Part shown: positions 24,601-37,460 of the stretch, one piece after another | How positions within the stretch are numbered: position 1 is the first letter of the stretch | How the letters are laid out: every line of letters starts with the position of its first letter | From: Eledone cirrhosa | Taxonomy: Eukaryota | DNA length: 64,000 nt | Direction: 5' to 3' | Assembly: GCA_964016885.1 (NCBI GenBank) | Contig: OZ024744.1 | Span: forward strand, 88,722,001 to 88,786,000 | Notes under the pieces: generated by a model | The model's database searches: none | The model's input: the letters and a program-made list of their open reading frames with translations, nothing else | What the model was told of the DNA's origin: nothing | Translations under genes and position numbers: made by a program

Positions 24601-27288
24601 ATAGAAGAGGACCCGGCTACTGGAAGCTAAACGCGTACTTACCAGCGAGCAAGGCCTACAGAGACCGGATTAGTGAACTAGCTAAGCGAGCGTTGACGGG
24701 GGCCATCGTCAACAACAAGTGGTGGTTTGCTCTGGAAAAAGCAATTAGAATAGAATCCATTAGGTTTAGTAAGGCTTTAGCAATAGAGAAAAATAGAGCA
24801 GAGGGAGAATTAGTTAGAAAATTAGACGTCGCTTAGCAAAAGCATCGCGACCGACGTACTTGCACGAAATTGGCCCTTGACCAATTCTTCAATGCAAAGC
24901 ACGAAGGCTGCGTTGTCAGAGCTAGGGTGCGTACTCTCAGACACGAGGGGACGAAGCCGTTCAATGGGCCCGAGTGGCGGAGTCACGTTGTGGCAACAAA
25001 TCCACGATCCGGTCTTTGGTGGACCACGACGGGCGCATGCTACGCGATCCCGGGCAAATGTGTGAAGCTTTTCAGCGACACTTCGCACAGCTGTTCGGGG
25101 ACAGCGGCGGGCCGGATCGAGAAATGGACTTTAGTGTCTACCTCGACGGACTGCCGCGGCTCTCGGTCACTGAGGCGGAGTGTTTCGAAAAGCCAATAAC
25201 AGCCGTTAAAGTACGGGAGGCAATGACTGGCTGCACAAGGGGTAAATCGCCCGGTTTGGATGGTCTGCCCTATGAACTTTACGTACAGATGCCAGACTTG
25301 TTCGGAGGCCTCTTGGCGGATGTCTACTGCAACTGGCAACAGAACGGGAGAATTCCCAGCTCTGTGAGCGGAGTAGTTGTGGCGCTGCTGAGAAAGGATC
25401 CGAACAAGGGGGATAATATAGATAATTTCAGGCCCATAACTCTGCTAAACACAGAGTTCAAGATTTTGGCCAAGGTGCTAGCAAAGAGGTTGGCGCTTGT
25501 CGTTGGTGGTCTGGTGGGAGAGGTGCAGACATGCGCCATTCCCGACAGATCCATCCACGACAACCTCCACCTCTGCGATACATCTTAGATGGGTAGCTAG
25601 GGAACATGGCACGGGTGGGTCCTTGATCAATTTAGATCAGTCGAAAGCATTCGATAGGGTCGACCATCGTTACCTAGCGGAATTCCTGAGGGCGGCTGGC
25701 TTTGGGCCCGTCTTCAGAGGCTGGATCGCTGCCAGCACAGCGACATCTGCTCTGTGGTGAGAGTGAACGGTCACCTTTCGGAACCGTTCAACATCATGCG
25801 CTCGGTCCGCCAAGGATGTCCCCTCTCGTCCCTCTTGTACGTATTGACTCTCGAGCCATTACTGCACAAACTGGAGACATTGAGGGGCGTCCCGCGCGAA
25901 CTAGGATGCGGAAGATCCGTGTCAGAATATGCGGACGATGTCACCGTAGTGGTGTCGAACGCCAAACACATCGAGGCGATCGGCACTACACTAAGAGAAT
26001 ACGAAGCGGTGACAGGAGCAATGATCAACCAGGAAAAGTCAGTGGGCCTGCAGCTCGGCACCTGGAGAGGCAGGTCCATGCCGTCCAACAGCGTCGTCGG
26101 GCTCTGGACGGACGGACCAGTTAAATTGCTCGGGGTCTGGTTCGGTCCGGATCTCCAGACGGACAAAAACTGGGACGAGGTGACGAGCAGTGTGGCTTCT
26201 CTCACCCAGAAATGGGCCGAGAGGAAGCTATCCCTGAAAGGTCGAGCGGAGGTGGCTAACGCGTATACCGCGTCCGTCATCTACTACCACCTGACCGTCG
26301 TACCTTGTCCTAAGCCCCGCCTGACTGCGCTGGAGCGTTTGCTCTTTCGCCTTTTGTGGAAGGGACGCGCTCCACTGGTCAGGCGGTCAATCTGCTCTCA
26401 ACACCCGCTACGTGGAGGGCTGGTCATGCCGTGGCTGATGATGCGCAGACACGCGCTGAGGCTACGACATCTCCACCTCTTCCTCGACGGTGATCAGGTG
26501 TGGTCGCCGTTTGCTAGACACGTCTTTCCCCAGCTCGTCTCCTTGAAGGAGCTGCAGTCATGGGTCATGCAAAGATCGAGAGAGAGCGCTTGGAGACTGG
26601 AATGTCTTCAGGCGCTCACAGCCTTCGGCCAATCGGGCAATGTGATCGGCGGAAACTCCACCTTGGCGTTCTATAAGGGATTAGTGGAGGGGAAGAGCGA
26701 ACACCTGTTGTCACGTGTAGGACGGATCCGGTTATCAGCTGAGTCCATCGTGAGAATTTCCCCGCCCTCTTACTTTAGCAGGGAAAGGCAGGCAGTTTAT
26801 ATCTCTCTGGTGGCCATGTCGAAAGAGATAGTATGGTGGACACGTTTGAAAGGGCTGAAGACGAGTACTTACCTCTTCGGTGATGCCCTCATTAACTTTT
26901 TCAAATTTTATTTGAAAAGGAAAATCAGGGTAGAGAGGGAAGTGCTCTCTTCCCAGCATTTTGTTGAAACATGGGTGAGAGAATCAAGTATGGCCCGAGT
27001 GAATGGGGCTACTCTGAGTATGTGTCTGTAAATTAAAGGTGGAAAACTGGGAGAGGGCACTTGCCCTGGTGTCAGGGTCACTCTGGTCTTTTAATGAGCT
27101 TTCTCCACAAATGTCCCTCGGAAGTCTCCCCCCTATTGGGGAATTTTTCTTTGTTATTTTATTACATCCTCTGTTTTTTTTACACGCAGAAATGCCCATT
27201 TGTACCGTCCTGTATTGTCATGTACTGTCCTTAATGTCTACTTTATGTAAACCCTTGTGGTTAATAAAGAAAACATTATTATTATTAT
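21671..27288 (+). mobile_element. Tx1-like LINE copy 2, decayed, with a different 5'UTR/ORF1 and an internal ORF2 deletion
   Basis: ORF1 remnants 22049-23852 (CVVCGEGTHLRAFC); ORF2 23887-27031 nearly identical to copy 1 but frameshifted; zinc-finger region deleted at ~26700. Confidence 0.9.
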
Positions 27289-27289
27289 T

Positions 27290-27976
27290 TGCATTTATCT
27301 TGCTTTATGTTTATACGAGTTATCACCAAGTCACAACCAGTGACCTCAAGAGACAACAAGGTCCGCCATGTTCAAGAAAGAACATACATATTCACACATG
27401 CATCCTTAGTGTTTAGACTTGTGATGTACTTATATTGACAGGATCTTCCTTAGTATATGGGCAGTTCCCATTAGTACTATCATTTGTATTTCTCCTATAC
27501 GCGGGTTTCCTGGGATTTGCGATAAGTAGTCGTTAGACCCCTTATGTATCATTCCCAGAGCGCCTACAACCACTGGTATTGTTTTAGTTCTCAATTTCCA
27601 CATTTTTCCAATTTCTATCTCCAGGTCCTTATACTTGCTCAATTTTTCAAATGTTTTTATAGATACATTCTTGTCTATTGGAACAGACATATCAATTAGC
27701 AGGCATACCCTCATTTGAAAGTCCTTCAATATTATATCAGGTCTATTTGCATCTATTTTTCGGTCTGTTTGGATGCTAAAGTTCCACAAGATTGAGATGT
27801 GATCTTTTTCAAGTATGGGAGGTGGTTGATGCTCCCACCAATTCTTTTGATGGGGCAGGTCAAAATGCTTACACATTATCCAATGTATGTATTGTGCAGC
27901 TCTGTCATGCCTGTTTAGGTATTCGGTTGGAGCTATAAGACTGCACATTGAAATTATATGGTCAATGGTCTCTGGT
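27290..27976 (-). mobile_element. 3' fragment of an R4/Dong-like RLE LINE
   Basis: ORF 27430-27948: RHD, NRPDII, EKLSKYKDL, IPVVVGALG; (ATT)n on both sides. Confidence 0.88.
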
Positions 27977-28208
27977 TGTTATTATTATTATTGAATGCCA
28001 TGGTTGACGGAGGCTCGGCTCTGTAAGGTATAGTAATTTTTAACCGTTAAAACAATTGTAAATTGTTTAAAACTTGAACCAAATTGTTGATAAAGTCACC
28101 CCCCTCCTCGTGAGAGGGGTCTTTCTGTCCGTTATTTGGCCCTTCGGGGTTAAATAACCAGTTATTGGGGTTTTGTACCCAAAATTTCATTTTAAACAAA
28201 AAAACAAC

Positions 28209-30309
28209 ATGGCTACGAAAAAGAAATTTCATACGTCACTCCCACTCATTCCGTCTTCTTCTTCCTCAATCATCACTACAGCAGAGAGAAGATTGTCTCT
28301 CTCCCTCCCTTCTTTAAATGTGTCTCTCTCCCTCCCTTCTCTTTCGCAAGTGACGAAAGAAAAGAAAAGTCTCGTGCAAAGCGTGCAAGGTTTCTCCACG
28401 ACGACGACGACAGCGACGAAACAGGTGTGCGGGAAATACGAAAACCCAGTTCATTTGTCTGACGTCAGGAATAATAGCAGTAGCAGCCGTAATAACAACA
28501 GCAACAGTGACAATGAAAACAACAGTAGCAGCCGCAACAGCATCACCAGCAGCATAAACAACAACAGCATTAGCAGCAGCAACACCAACAACAACCACAG
28601 CAACAGCGGCGGAGGCAGTAGTCGTAGTACCTGCAGCAACAACAAAAGTACCAGCAGCTCTGACGACAACAACAACAGCAGAGAAAAACCAATCTCATTT
28701 GCAGGTATTGCGAAAAACTTGGAAACAATCCTCATAACAAATGAGGAATTAGAGGAAGCGAAGAAGATGGTGACAAAGAACGGACACCGAGCAATCTGCA
28801 AGGCAGTGGAAAAATGTTTCGAAACCCAAGAGCACTGTACGGTCACGTACCGTACAGTGAGTACAAAATCCCGTAGGGTGGAAAGAGCCATAGAGGCCCA
28901 AATACAAAAAGCCTTGGGGTCTGTGTGGCAGCGGAAAACGCACATCACCCGAGGCAAAAAATATGCCACCGTAGACGTACTTTTTGCCACACCCCAGGAG
29001 GCAAAGGCCCAATCAGTAGTGACCCTAAGGAGCGAGGAAATGGTGTTGGTGCCCTCCTACTGCGGGCAAAAAATTGTGAGGGTCAAACTGACCCACGTCC
29101 CCCCCCCCCCCCGGAATGACCCCTTCTTGGCTGGCCGCGTCTGTCCTCGTCGGAATCGAGGACAAAACAACTGTACTGCAAGTACAGAAAAAAGTAAGAG
29201 AAGATAGGGTCGGCTCCTCCATTGAGATGCTAATCCAAACCAACCAGGAGTGCATTGAAGCTATCCCGGATGTGATAGACTTCGATAACGGCACTCAACT
29301 GCCCATAAGTGTTGAAGGCAAACGCCCGAAATGCTTTCGCTGTGGATCGAAGACTCACCTCAGGGCCTTCTGCAACGAGAAGACCCTGAGAAAGGAGAAA
29401 ACCCCCCTCCTTCCGAATCCGGCTCCACGGCTACCCGCAACAGGACAAGCGGCAACCAGGAACGATAGGCCCGTGGCACCCATACCCACTCCACGGAAAT
29501 CAAAAACAGCAGCAGCAGTGGAAATATTAACAACAACAGCAATACCAAATGCAGCTGCAACAGAGACTCCAGTGCAAACATCAACAACAACAACAAGTGA
29601 AAGAGTGGAGCTGGTACCCCTCCCCGACCTCACAGAATCAGACATGGAGTGTGAGGTGGGAGAGGGATGGCAAAAGGTCGTAAGAAGGCACAAACGCAGA
29701 AGCAGCGCATCGTCGCCTTTGAAAAGGGAGGAAAGAAATGAGAAAAGGGTAAAGTCCACTGCAAAGAGACCCACAGCAGCAACAACACCAACACCATCAC
29801 CACCCACACTAGCACCACCATCACCACCGGCGACAACCCCACCGCCAACAACACCTTCAACACCACCACCACAAGCACCAACGTCGCAAACACAACAACA
29901 AAACACACACACCCAGCAACAACGACAAGAAAATAGCAGAACCACACCCCACCCCCAGAAAAACAAATGCACGGCAATAAATACACACAACAAGAAACTA
30001 ATGACTTACATAATTGAACACACAGACATTTCACAACAGGACTACATAATACCAGCACCAATCAAAACGCCAACTAACATAAGACTGCTAAAAATAGCAC
30101 AGAAACAATACACAAACATTAAAACGAAATTCCCCAACGCAGTTGGTGATTTCAGGGACCTAGGAGGAACCATCAATCGAAGAGTATATTCAGACATTCT
30201 CTTAGAAGAGCCGACGACCAGCCGAAGGGACGATTCAACGGTCCCTTCACCAGACGATCAAGTGAAAAGGGATGTAAAAACCATCCCTCCTCTACCAAAA
30301 GTACGGTAA
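28209..30309 (+). CDS. Tx1 ORF1 with a frameshift inside a poly-C run (~29099-29112), possibly a sequencing error
   Basis: ORFs 28173-29207 and 29116-30309 join across the homopolymer, which is in frame in copy 1. Confidence 0.75.
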
Positions 30310-30344
30310 GTGGTCTTTCCCATCTTTTCCACTCTATTTTAAAC

Positions 30345-33300
30345 ATGACCTCACTCAGAATAGGCAGCATAAATGCGCGTGGCTTGGGGTCGTCATGGCA
30401 GCAGGGTCACCTGCTCAACGACCTCAGGTCACTAAACATAGATGTAGTGGCCATCAGCGAGACGAGAATCTCCGAAGCACGGGCCTTCGCACCGATCTTC
30501 GGCGGCTACGATGTGTACGCATCTCCCAGCCGTCCTGGATCGGGTGGAGGAGTTGCTGTGCTTTTTCGGAGAGGTTTAGATCTCGTCATACGGGCCATCT
30601 TCCTGGACCCAGAGGGTAAGCTGGTGGTGCTGGACGTGACCAGCGGAGACGGGCAAGCTTTCAGGCTAGTGGCCGTCTATGCCCCGACAGGAGCAGGGCG
30701 GCCTGATTTCTTCCGGCGTCTGGAGACCTTTCTTGGAACGTCCCGCTCTTTAGTGTTAGTGGGCGACTGGAACGGCATCTTAGATGCACGCTGGGACTGT
30801 GTGGGATTAGCGGATAGGGGTGGAGGGTGCAAGAGCCTCACCAACCTGCTCAGGCGTTTTGAACTGTCTGACAGGTACCGATTGGATTTCCCGAATGTGC
30901 CAATGTGGACTTGGACAAACCGCATAGGGTCATCCAGATCATATCTAGATAGAGTATTTTGTAGGGAAATAGATAGGTCTAGCATAGGCTGTCCACAATT
31001 CAAGATAGTCAGCTACACGGACCACAAATTCGTGATCTGTGTGCTTGACTTAGATAGGCTTCATAGACGAGGACCCGGCTACTGGAAGCTAAACGCGTCC
31101 TTACCAGCGCGCAAGGCCTACAGAGACCGGATTAGCGAACTAGTTAAGCGGGCGTTGACGGGGGCCATCGTCAACAACAAGTGGTGGTTTGCTCTGAAAA
31201 GAGCGATTAGATTAGAATCGATTAGGTTTAGTAAGGCTTTAGCAATAGAGAAAAATAGAGCAGAGGGAGAACTAGTTAGAAAATTAGACGAGGCGCTTAG
31301 CAAAGGCATTGCGACCGACGTGCTTGCGGCGAAATTGGCCCTTGACCAATTCTTCAATGCAAAGCACGAAGGCTGCGTTGTCAGAGCAAGGGTGCGTGCT
31401 CTCAGACACGAGGGGACGAAAGCCGTTCAATGGGCCCGAGTGGCGGGGGCGCGTCGTGGCAACAAAGCCACGATCCGGTCTTTGGTGGACCACGACGGGC
31501 GCATGCTACTCGATCCCGGGCAAATGTGTGAAGCTTTTCAGCGACACTTCGCTCAGCTGTTCGGGGGCAGCGGTGGGCCGGGTAGAGGGATGGACTTTAG
31601 TGTCTACCTCGACGGACTGCCGCGGCTCTCGGCCACTGAGGCGAAGTGTTGCGAAAAGCCGATAACAGCCGCTGAAGTAAGGGAGGCAATGACTGGCTGC
31701 ACAAGGGGTAAATCGCCTGGTTTGGATGGTCTGCCCTATGAACTTTACGTACAGATGCCAGACTTGTTCGGAGGCCTCTTGGCGGACGTCTACTGCAACT
31801 GGCAACAGAACGGGAGAATTCCCAGTTCTGTGAGCCGAGGAGCGGTGGCACTGCTGAGAAAGGATCCGAACAAGGGGGATAACATAGACAATTTCCGGCC
31901 CATAACTCTGCTAAACACAGAGTTTAAGATTTTGGCCAAGGTGCTAGCAAAGAGGTTGGCGCTTGTCGTTGGTGGTCTGGTGGGAGAGGCGCAGACATGC
32001 GCCATTCCCGACAGATCCATCCACGACAACCTCCACCTCATGCGATACATCGTAGAGAGGGTAGCTAGGGAACCTGGCACGGGTGGGTCCTTGATCAATT
32101 TAGATCAGTCGAAAGCTTTCGATAGGGTCGACCATCGTTACCTAGCGGCAGTCCTGAGGGCGGCTGGCTTTGGGCCCGTCTTCAGAGGCTGGATCGCTGC
32201 CATGCACAGCGACATCTGCTCTGTAGTGAGAGTGAACGGTCACCTGTCGGAACCGTTCAACATCATGCGCTCGGTCCGCCAAGGATGTCCCCTCTCGTCC
32301 CTCTTGTACGTATTGACTCTCGAGCCATTACTGCACAAACTGGAGACGTTGAGGGGAGTCCCGCGCGAACTAGGATGCGGAAGATCCGTGTCAGCATATG
32401 CGGACGATGTCACCGTAGTGGTGTCGAACGCCAAACACATCGAGGCGATCGGCACTACACTAAGAGAATACGAAGCGGTAACAGGAGCAATGATCAACCA
32501 GGAAAAGTCAGTGGGCCTGCAGCTCGGCACCTGGAGAGGCAGGTCCATGCCGTCCAACAGCGTCGTCGGGCGCTGGACGGATGGACCGGTTAAATTGCTA
32601 GGGGTCTGGTTCGGTCCGGACCTCCAGACGGACAAAAACTGGGACGAGGTGACGAGCAGGGTGGCTTCTCTCACCCAGAAATGGGCGGAGAGGAAGCTAT
32701 CCCTGAAAGGTCGAGCGGAGGTGGCTAACGCGTACATCGCGTCTGTCATCTGCTACCGCCTAACCGTCGTACCTTGTCCTAAGCCTCGCCTGACTGCGCT
32801 GGAGCGTTTGCTCTTTCGCTTTTTGTGGAAGGGACGTGCTCCGATGGTCAGGCGGTCCATCTGTTGTCAACACCCGCTACGTGGAGGGCTGGGCATGCCG
32901 TGGCTGATGATGCGCAGGCACGCGCTCAGGCTACGACATCTCCACCTCTTCCTCGACGGTGATCAGGTGTGGTCGCCGTTTGCTAGACGCGTTTTTCCCC
33001 AGCTCGTTTCCTTGACGGAGCTGCAGTCCTGGGTCAAGCGAAGACCGAGAGGGAGCGCCTGGAGACTGGAATGTCTTCAGGCGCTCACAGCCCTCGACCA
33101 ATCGGGCAATGTGATCGGTGGAAACTCCACCTCGGCGTTCTATAGAGGATTAGTGGAGGGGAAGAGCGACGACGTACTTGGGGAAACTCTAGGCGTCGAC
33201 GAAAATCAACTAGCCAATCTCTTCGGAAGAACTTTCGGGCCAGGGCCTATGGACAACTTCCAGAAATCTCTGGCCTGGCAGTGCTACCGAGGATCCTTGC

Positions 33301-33764
33301 CAGTTCGGGATAAACTCTACAGGCATGGAGGTGCCGTCAGCCGGGCATGTCCGAGATGCGCGCAGGGCGACGAAACCGTCCTGCACGCACTCGTCCAGTG
33401 TCCGAAAATTGCTGACTTGTGGGTTTATGTCGAACACCTGCTGTCGCGTTTAGGACGGATCCAGCTATCATCTGAGTCTATCGTGAGGATTGCCCCGCCC
33501 TCCTCCTTTAGCCGGGAAGGGCAGGCAGTTTTTATCTGTCTGGTGGCCATGGCGAAAGAGATAGTATGGTGGACACGTTTGAAAGGGCTGAAGACGAGCA
33601 CTTACCTCTTCGGTGATGCTCTGATTGACTTTTTCAAATTTCATTTGAAAAGGAAAATCAGAGTAGAGAAGGAAGTGCTCTCTTCCCAGCATTTTGTTGA
33701 AAGATGGGTGAGAGAAGCAAGAATGGCCCGAGTGAATGGGCCGACTCTGAGTATATATCTGTAA
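30345..33764 (+). CDS. Tx1 ORF2 APE-RT, intact 1139 aa
   Basis: Same motifs as 11693-15112 with few substitutions. Confidence 0.97.
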   Translation: MTSLRIGSINARGLGSSWQQGHLLNDLRSLNIDVVAISETRISEARAFAPIFGGYDVYASPSRPGSGGGVAVLFRRGLDLVIRAIFLDPEGKLVVLDVTSGDGQAFRLVAVYAPTGAGRPDFFRRLETFLGTSRSLVLVGDWNGILDARWDCVGLADRGGGCKSLTNLLRRFELSDRYRLDFPNVPMWTWTNRIGSSRSYLDRVFCREIDRSSIGCPQFKIVSYTDHKFVICVLDLDRLHRRGPGYWKLNASLPARKAYRDRISELVKRALTGAIVNNKWWFALKRAIRLESIRFSKALAIEKNRAEGELVRKLDEALSKGIATDVLAAKLALDQFFNAKHEGCVVRARVRALRHEGTKAVQWARVAGARRGNKATIRSLVDHDGRMLLDPGQMCEAFQRHFAQLFGGSGGPGRGMDFSVYLDGLPRLSATEAKCCEKPITAAEVREAMTGCTRGKSPGLDGLPYELYVQMPDLFGGLLADVYCNWQQNGRIPSSVSRGAVALLRKDPNKGDNIDNFRPITLLNTEFKILAKVLAKRLALVVGGLVGEAQTCAIPDRSIHDNLHLMRYIVERVAREPGTGGSLINLDQSKAFDRVDHRYLAAVLRAAGFGPVFRGWIAAMHSDICSVVRVNGHLSEPFNIMRSVRQGCPLSSLLYVLTLEPLLHKLETLRGVPRELGCGRSVSAYADDVTVVVSNAKHIEAIGTTLREYEAVTGAMINQEKSVGLQLGTWRGRSMPSNSVVGRWTDGPVKLLGVWFGPDLQTDKNWDEVTSRVASLTQKWAERKLSLKGRAEVANAYIASVICYRLTVVPCPKPRLTALERLLFRFLWKGRAPMVRRSICCQHPLRGGLGMPWLMMRRHALRLRHLHLFLDGDQVWSPFARRVFPQLVSLTELQSWVKRRPRGSAWRLECLQALTALDQSGNVIGGNSTSAFYRGLVEGKSDDVLGETLGVDENQLANLFGRTFGPGPMDNFQKSLAWQCYRGSLPVRDKLYRHGGAVSRACPRCAQGDETVLHALVQCPKIADLWVYVEHLLSRLGRIQLSSESIVRIAPPSSFSREGQAVFICLVAMAKEIVWWTRLKGLKTSTYLFGDALIDFFKFHLKRKIRVEKEVLSSQHFVERWVREARMARVNGPTLSIYL

Positions 33765-34026
33765 ACTAAAGGTGGAAAACTGGGAGAGGGCACTTGCCTT
33801 GGTGGTCAGGGTCATTGTGGCTTTTTACTGGGCTTTCTCCACAAATGTCCCTCCGAAGTCTCCCCCCTATTGGGGAATTTTTTTCATTGTTATTTTCATT
33901 GTTATTTTTGTTACATCCTCTGTTTTTGTTTTTTTACACGCAGAAATGCCCATTTGTACCGTCCTGCATTGTCCTGCACTGTCCTTAATGTCTACTTTAT
34001 GTAAACCCTTGTGGTTAATAAAGAAA

Positions 34027-34080
<54 letters not shown>

Positions 34081-34081
<1 letters not shown>

Positions 34082-35772
34082 CGGTCTGTTCGGACGCTTT
34101 TTGCTCGCTCCCAGTAAGTCGTTTTATTTACGTGTTATAATTATTATTTGTTTCATTTTTCTTGTTGTTAAAGGGATATAAGCCCTTGCACTTTGCCCTG
34201 TGAATGGGAAAGTATAATACTTGGGCCTTTTGGCCCAATTATTTGAACAAAATTTGAATATTTTACATTTAAAAAAAAAAAAGAAAATGGCTGAGCCACG
34301 CCCTCCAGCAATATGTCTGGTGTCGTGTGACAACGGCGCAAAAGTTGAGAGGAGGGTTACAGAAATTCATACAACAAACACCACCACAAACAACAAAGAC
34401 AACAACATTGAGAACACTAATTTTTAAAAAAATTACCAAAAACATAACCAACTACAACAGTGATAACAGCAACAAGACCAACAACACCGTTTGTAGCAGT
34501 AGCAACAGCAACAGCACCAACAACAAGACCAGTAGCAGCAGTGACGGCAGCAATAATGGTGCCGCTGAAAAAGGGGCCACTTCTTTCGCAGGTGTAGCTT
34601 AAAATATAGAGACAGTGCTAGTCACCGAGGAGGAGATGGCAGTCGCAAGAGCCATGGTGTAGAGAAACGACAATAGAGTTTCCCTAAAACCTCCACCCGA
34701 TTTCTTCAAAGACCAGCAGCTGCGCACACGGTGCCTTACTGCACCGTAAGCAACGTGTCACATCGGGTGGGGAGAGCCACGGAGGCTCAAATCCAAAAGG
34801 CCTTGGGGTGCGTCTGGGCGCTTAAAACCCACAGTCCTGGGTCAGTCTAATGTGATCGGTGGAAACTCCACCTTAGCGTTCTATAGATGATTAATGGAGG
34901 GGAAGAACGACGACGTACTTGGGGAAACTCTAGGCGTCGACGAAAATCAACTAGCCTATCTCTTCGGAAGAACTTTCGGGCCAGTGCCTATGGACAACTT
35001 CCAGAAATCCCTGGCCTGACAGTGCTACCGAGGAGCCTTGCCAGTTCGGTCGGAATAAACTCTACAGGCATGGAGGTGCCGTCAGCCGGGCATGTCCGGG
35101 CTGCGCGCAGGGCGACGAAACCGTCCTGCACGCACTCGTCCAGTGTCCGAGCATTGCTGACTTGTGGGTTTATGTCGAACACCTGCTGTCGCGTGTAGGA
35201 CGGATCCAGCTATCAGCTGAGTCCATCGTGAGGATTGCCCCACCCTCTCCCTTTAGCCGAGAAGGACAGGCAGTTTTTATCTGTCTGGGGGCCATGGCGA
35301 AAGAGATAGTATGGTGGACACGTTTGAAAGGACTGAAGACGAGCACTTACCTCTTCGGTGATGCCCTGATTAACCTTTTCAAATTTCATTTGAAAAGGAA
35401 AATCAGAGTAGAGAGGGAAGTGCTCTCTTCCCAGCATTTTGTTGAAAGATGGGTGAGAGAGGCAAGAATGGCCCGAGTGAATGGGCCTACTCTGAGTATA
35501 TATCTGTAAATTAAAAGTGGAAAACTGGGAGAGGGCACTTGCCCTGGTGGTCAGGGTCACTGTGGCTTTTTAATGGGCTTTCTCCACGAATGTCCCTCAG
35601 AAGTCTCCTCCGTATTGGGGAATTTTTCATTGTTATTTTTTTGTTACATCCTCTGTTTTTGTTTTTTACACGCAGAAATGCCCATTAGTACCGTCCTGTA
35701 TTTTCCCGTACTGCCCTTAATGTCTACTTTATGTAAACCCTTGTGGTTAATAAAGAAAGCATTATTATTATT
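34081..35772 (+). mobile_element. Tx1-like copy 4: third 5'UTR/ORF1 type joined to the ORF2 3' end by a large internal deletion
   Basis: ORF1 remnant (SFAGVA, EAQIQKALG) to ~34830, then cagtcctgggtca and aatgtgatcggtggaaac from ORF2; same 3'UTR; (ATT)n flanks. Confidence 0.85.
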
Positions 35773-35938
35773 GGTCGGACGCCATGCTTTGACGCATAGA
35801 GTTACGGCCCTTGCCATTCTGAGCTCAAATCCAGCCGAGGTTAACTTTGCCTTTCATCCTTACGGGGTCGATAAAATAAAGTACCAGTAATGTACTGGGC
35901 AATTGGGGGCCTTGTGCCAAAAGTAGAAACAATTATTA
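35773..35938 (+). mobile_element. 5'-truncated SINE family 1
   Basis: ggtcggacgccatgcttt...aaagtagaaacaattatt. Confidence 0.85.
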
Positions 35939-36209
35939 CTAAACAATTATTAGTAAACAGAGGCCAGCTAAGGAATTTGAAGGAGAGTGAGAGAGTGAAA
36001 GAGAGATAGACACGGGGGGGGGGGGGTGAGAAGAAATTTCTGCCGCTGATGCCTGCTGTCTTTTTTTCAAACTGTACTTCCTGGGATTTTCATTCTGTTG
36101 ATTTGGGCAGTCTTTATTTTTCTTCGTCCGCCATGTAACGTTCACAAAGACTGTCCATATGCTTAAACGAAGGCCTTATTAATTGAGACATATCAATCGT
36201 ATCATCTCA

Positions 36210-36283
<74 letters not shown>

Positions 36284-36341
36284 ATCTCTATCTGTCTATC
36301 TACCGACATATCAATATCAATATATATCTATTCATACATAC

Positions 36342-36382
<41 letters not shown>

Positions 36383-36461
36383 TGTATGCATATATATACA
36401 TATATATATGTATATGTGTATATATATATATATATGTTTATATATATATATATGTATATAT

Positions 36462-36510
<49 letters not shown>

Positions 36511-36515
36511 CAAAC

Positions 36516-36571
<56 letters not shown>

Positions 36572-36762
36572 GTATGTATGAATAGATATATATTGATATT
36601 GATATGTCGGTAGATAGACAGTTAGAAAGATGGAGACAGAGAGAATGAAAAGGAAAGCGAGAAAAAGAGATAGATAGTGAGAGAGAGATAGACAGATAGT
36701 GAGAGAGAGAGGGGGATGGATAGATAGATAGACAGATAGAGAGAGAGAGATGGTTAGATAGA

Positions 36763-36833
<71 letters not shown>

Positions 36834-36885
36834 TATATATATATACGATATTAACAAAGGGAAACTATATTTATAAAACCATATT

Positions 36886-36950
36886 TATTTCATTATACAT
36901 ATTTCAAGGATACCATGTTAAATTATGGTATGCCTTCATCAGACAAAATA
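36886..36950 (-). ncRNA. Minimal type-I hammerhead ribozyme, intact core
   Basis: tattttgt-CTGATGA-aggcatacca..tggtatcctt-GAAA-T-ATGT-ATA-atgaaata. Confidence 0.8.
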
Positions 36951-37032
36951 CAATATATATCAGTTTTATAAATAAGCATTGACGTACCCTTTCAAAATGC
37001 GACCATTACTTTTGGAGGACATCAGGATATTG

Positions 37033-37097
37033 TATTTTGTCTGATGAAGGCATACCATAATGTAACTTGGTATCCTTGAAATATGTATAATGAAATA
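37033..37097 (+). ncRNA. Minimal type-I hammerhead ribozyme, intact core
   Basis: CTGATGA 37041-37047, stem II, GAAA 37078-37081, AUA cleavage triplet, 8-bp stem I with two G-U pairs. Confidence 0.8.
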
Positions 37098-37224
37098 AAT
37101 ATGGTTTTATAAATATAGTTTCCATTTGTTAATATAGTATATCTACTCCAAATACTTGTCGAGTGCTTTATATCAGTTATAAAAATATTTACTTGTTGTA
37201 TCCCAACAATTTAAATAGAACTTT

Positions 37225-37368
<144 letters not shown>

Positions 37369-37414
37369 AATGAAAAGTATAGAAATTGTTGTAGCGAGAA
37401 GCTAACAGTATTCC

Positions 37415-37457
<43 letters not shown>

Positions 37458-37460
37458 TAT

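Larger units (their letters stand above)
27993..34080 (+). mobile_element. Full-length Tx1-like LINE copy 3 in (ATT)n
   Basis: Near-identical to copy 1, same 5' start, (ATT)n tail. Confidence 0.92.
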
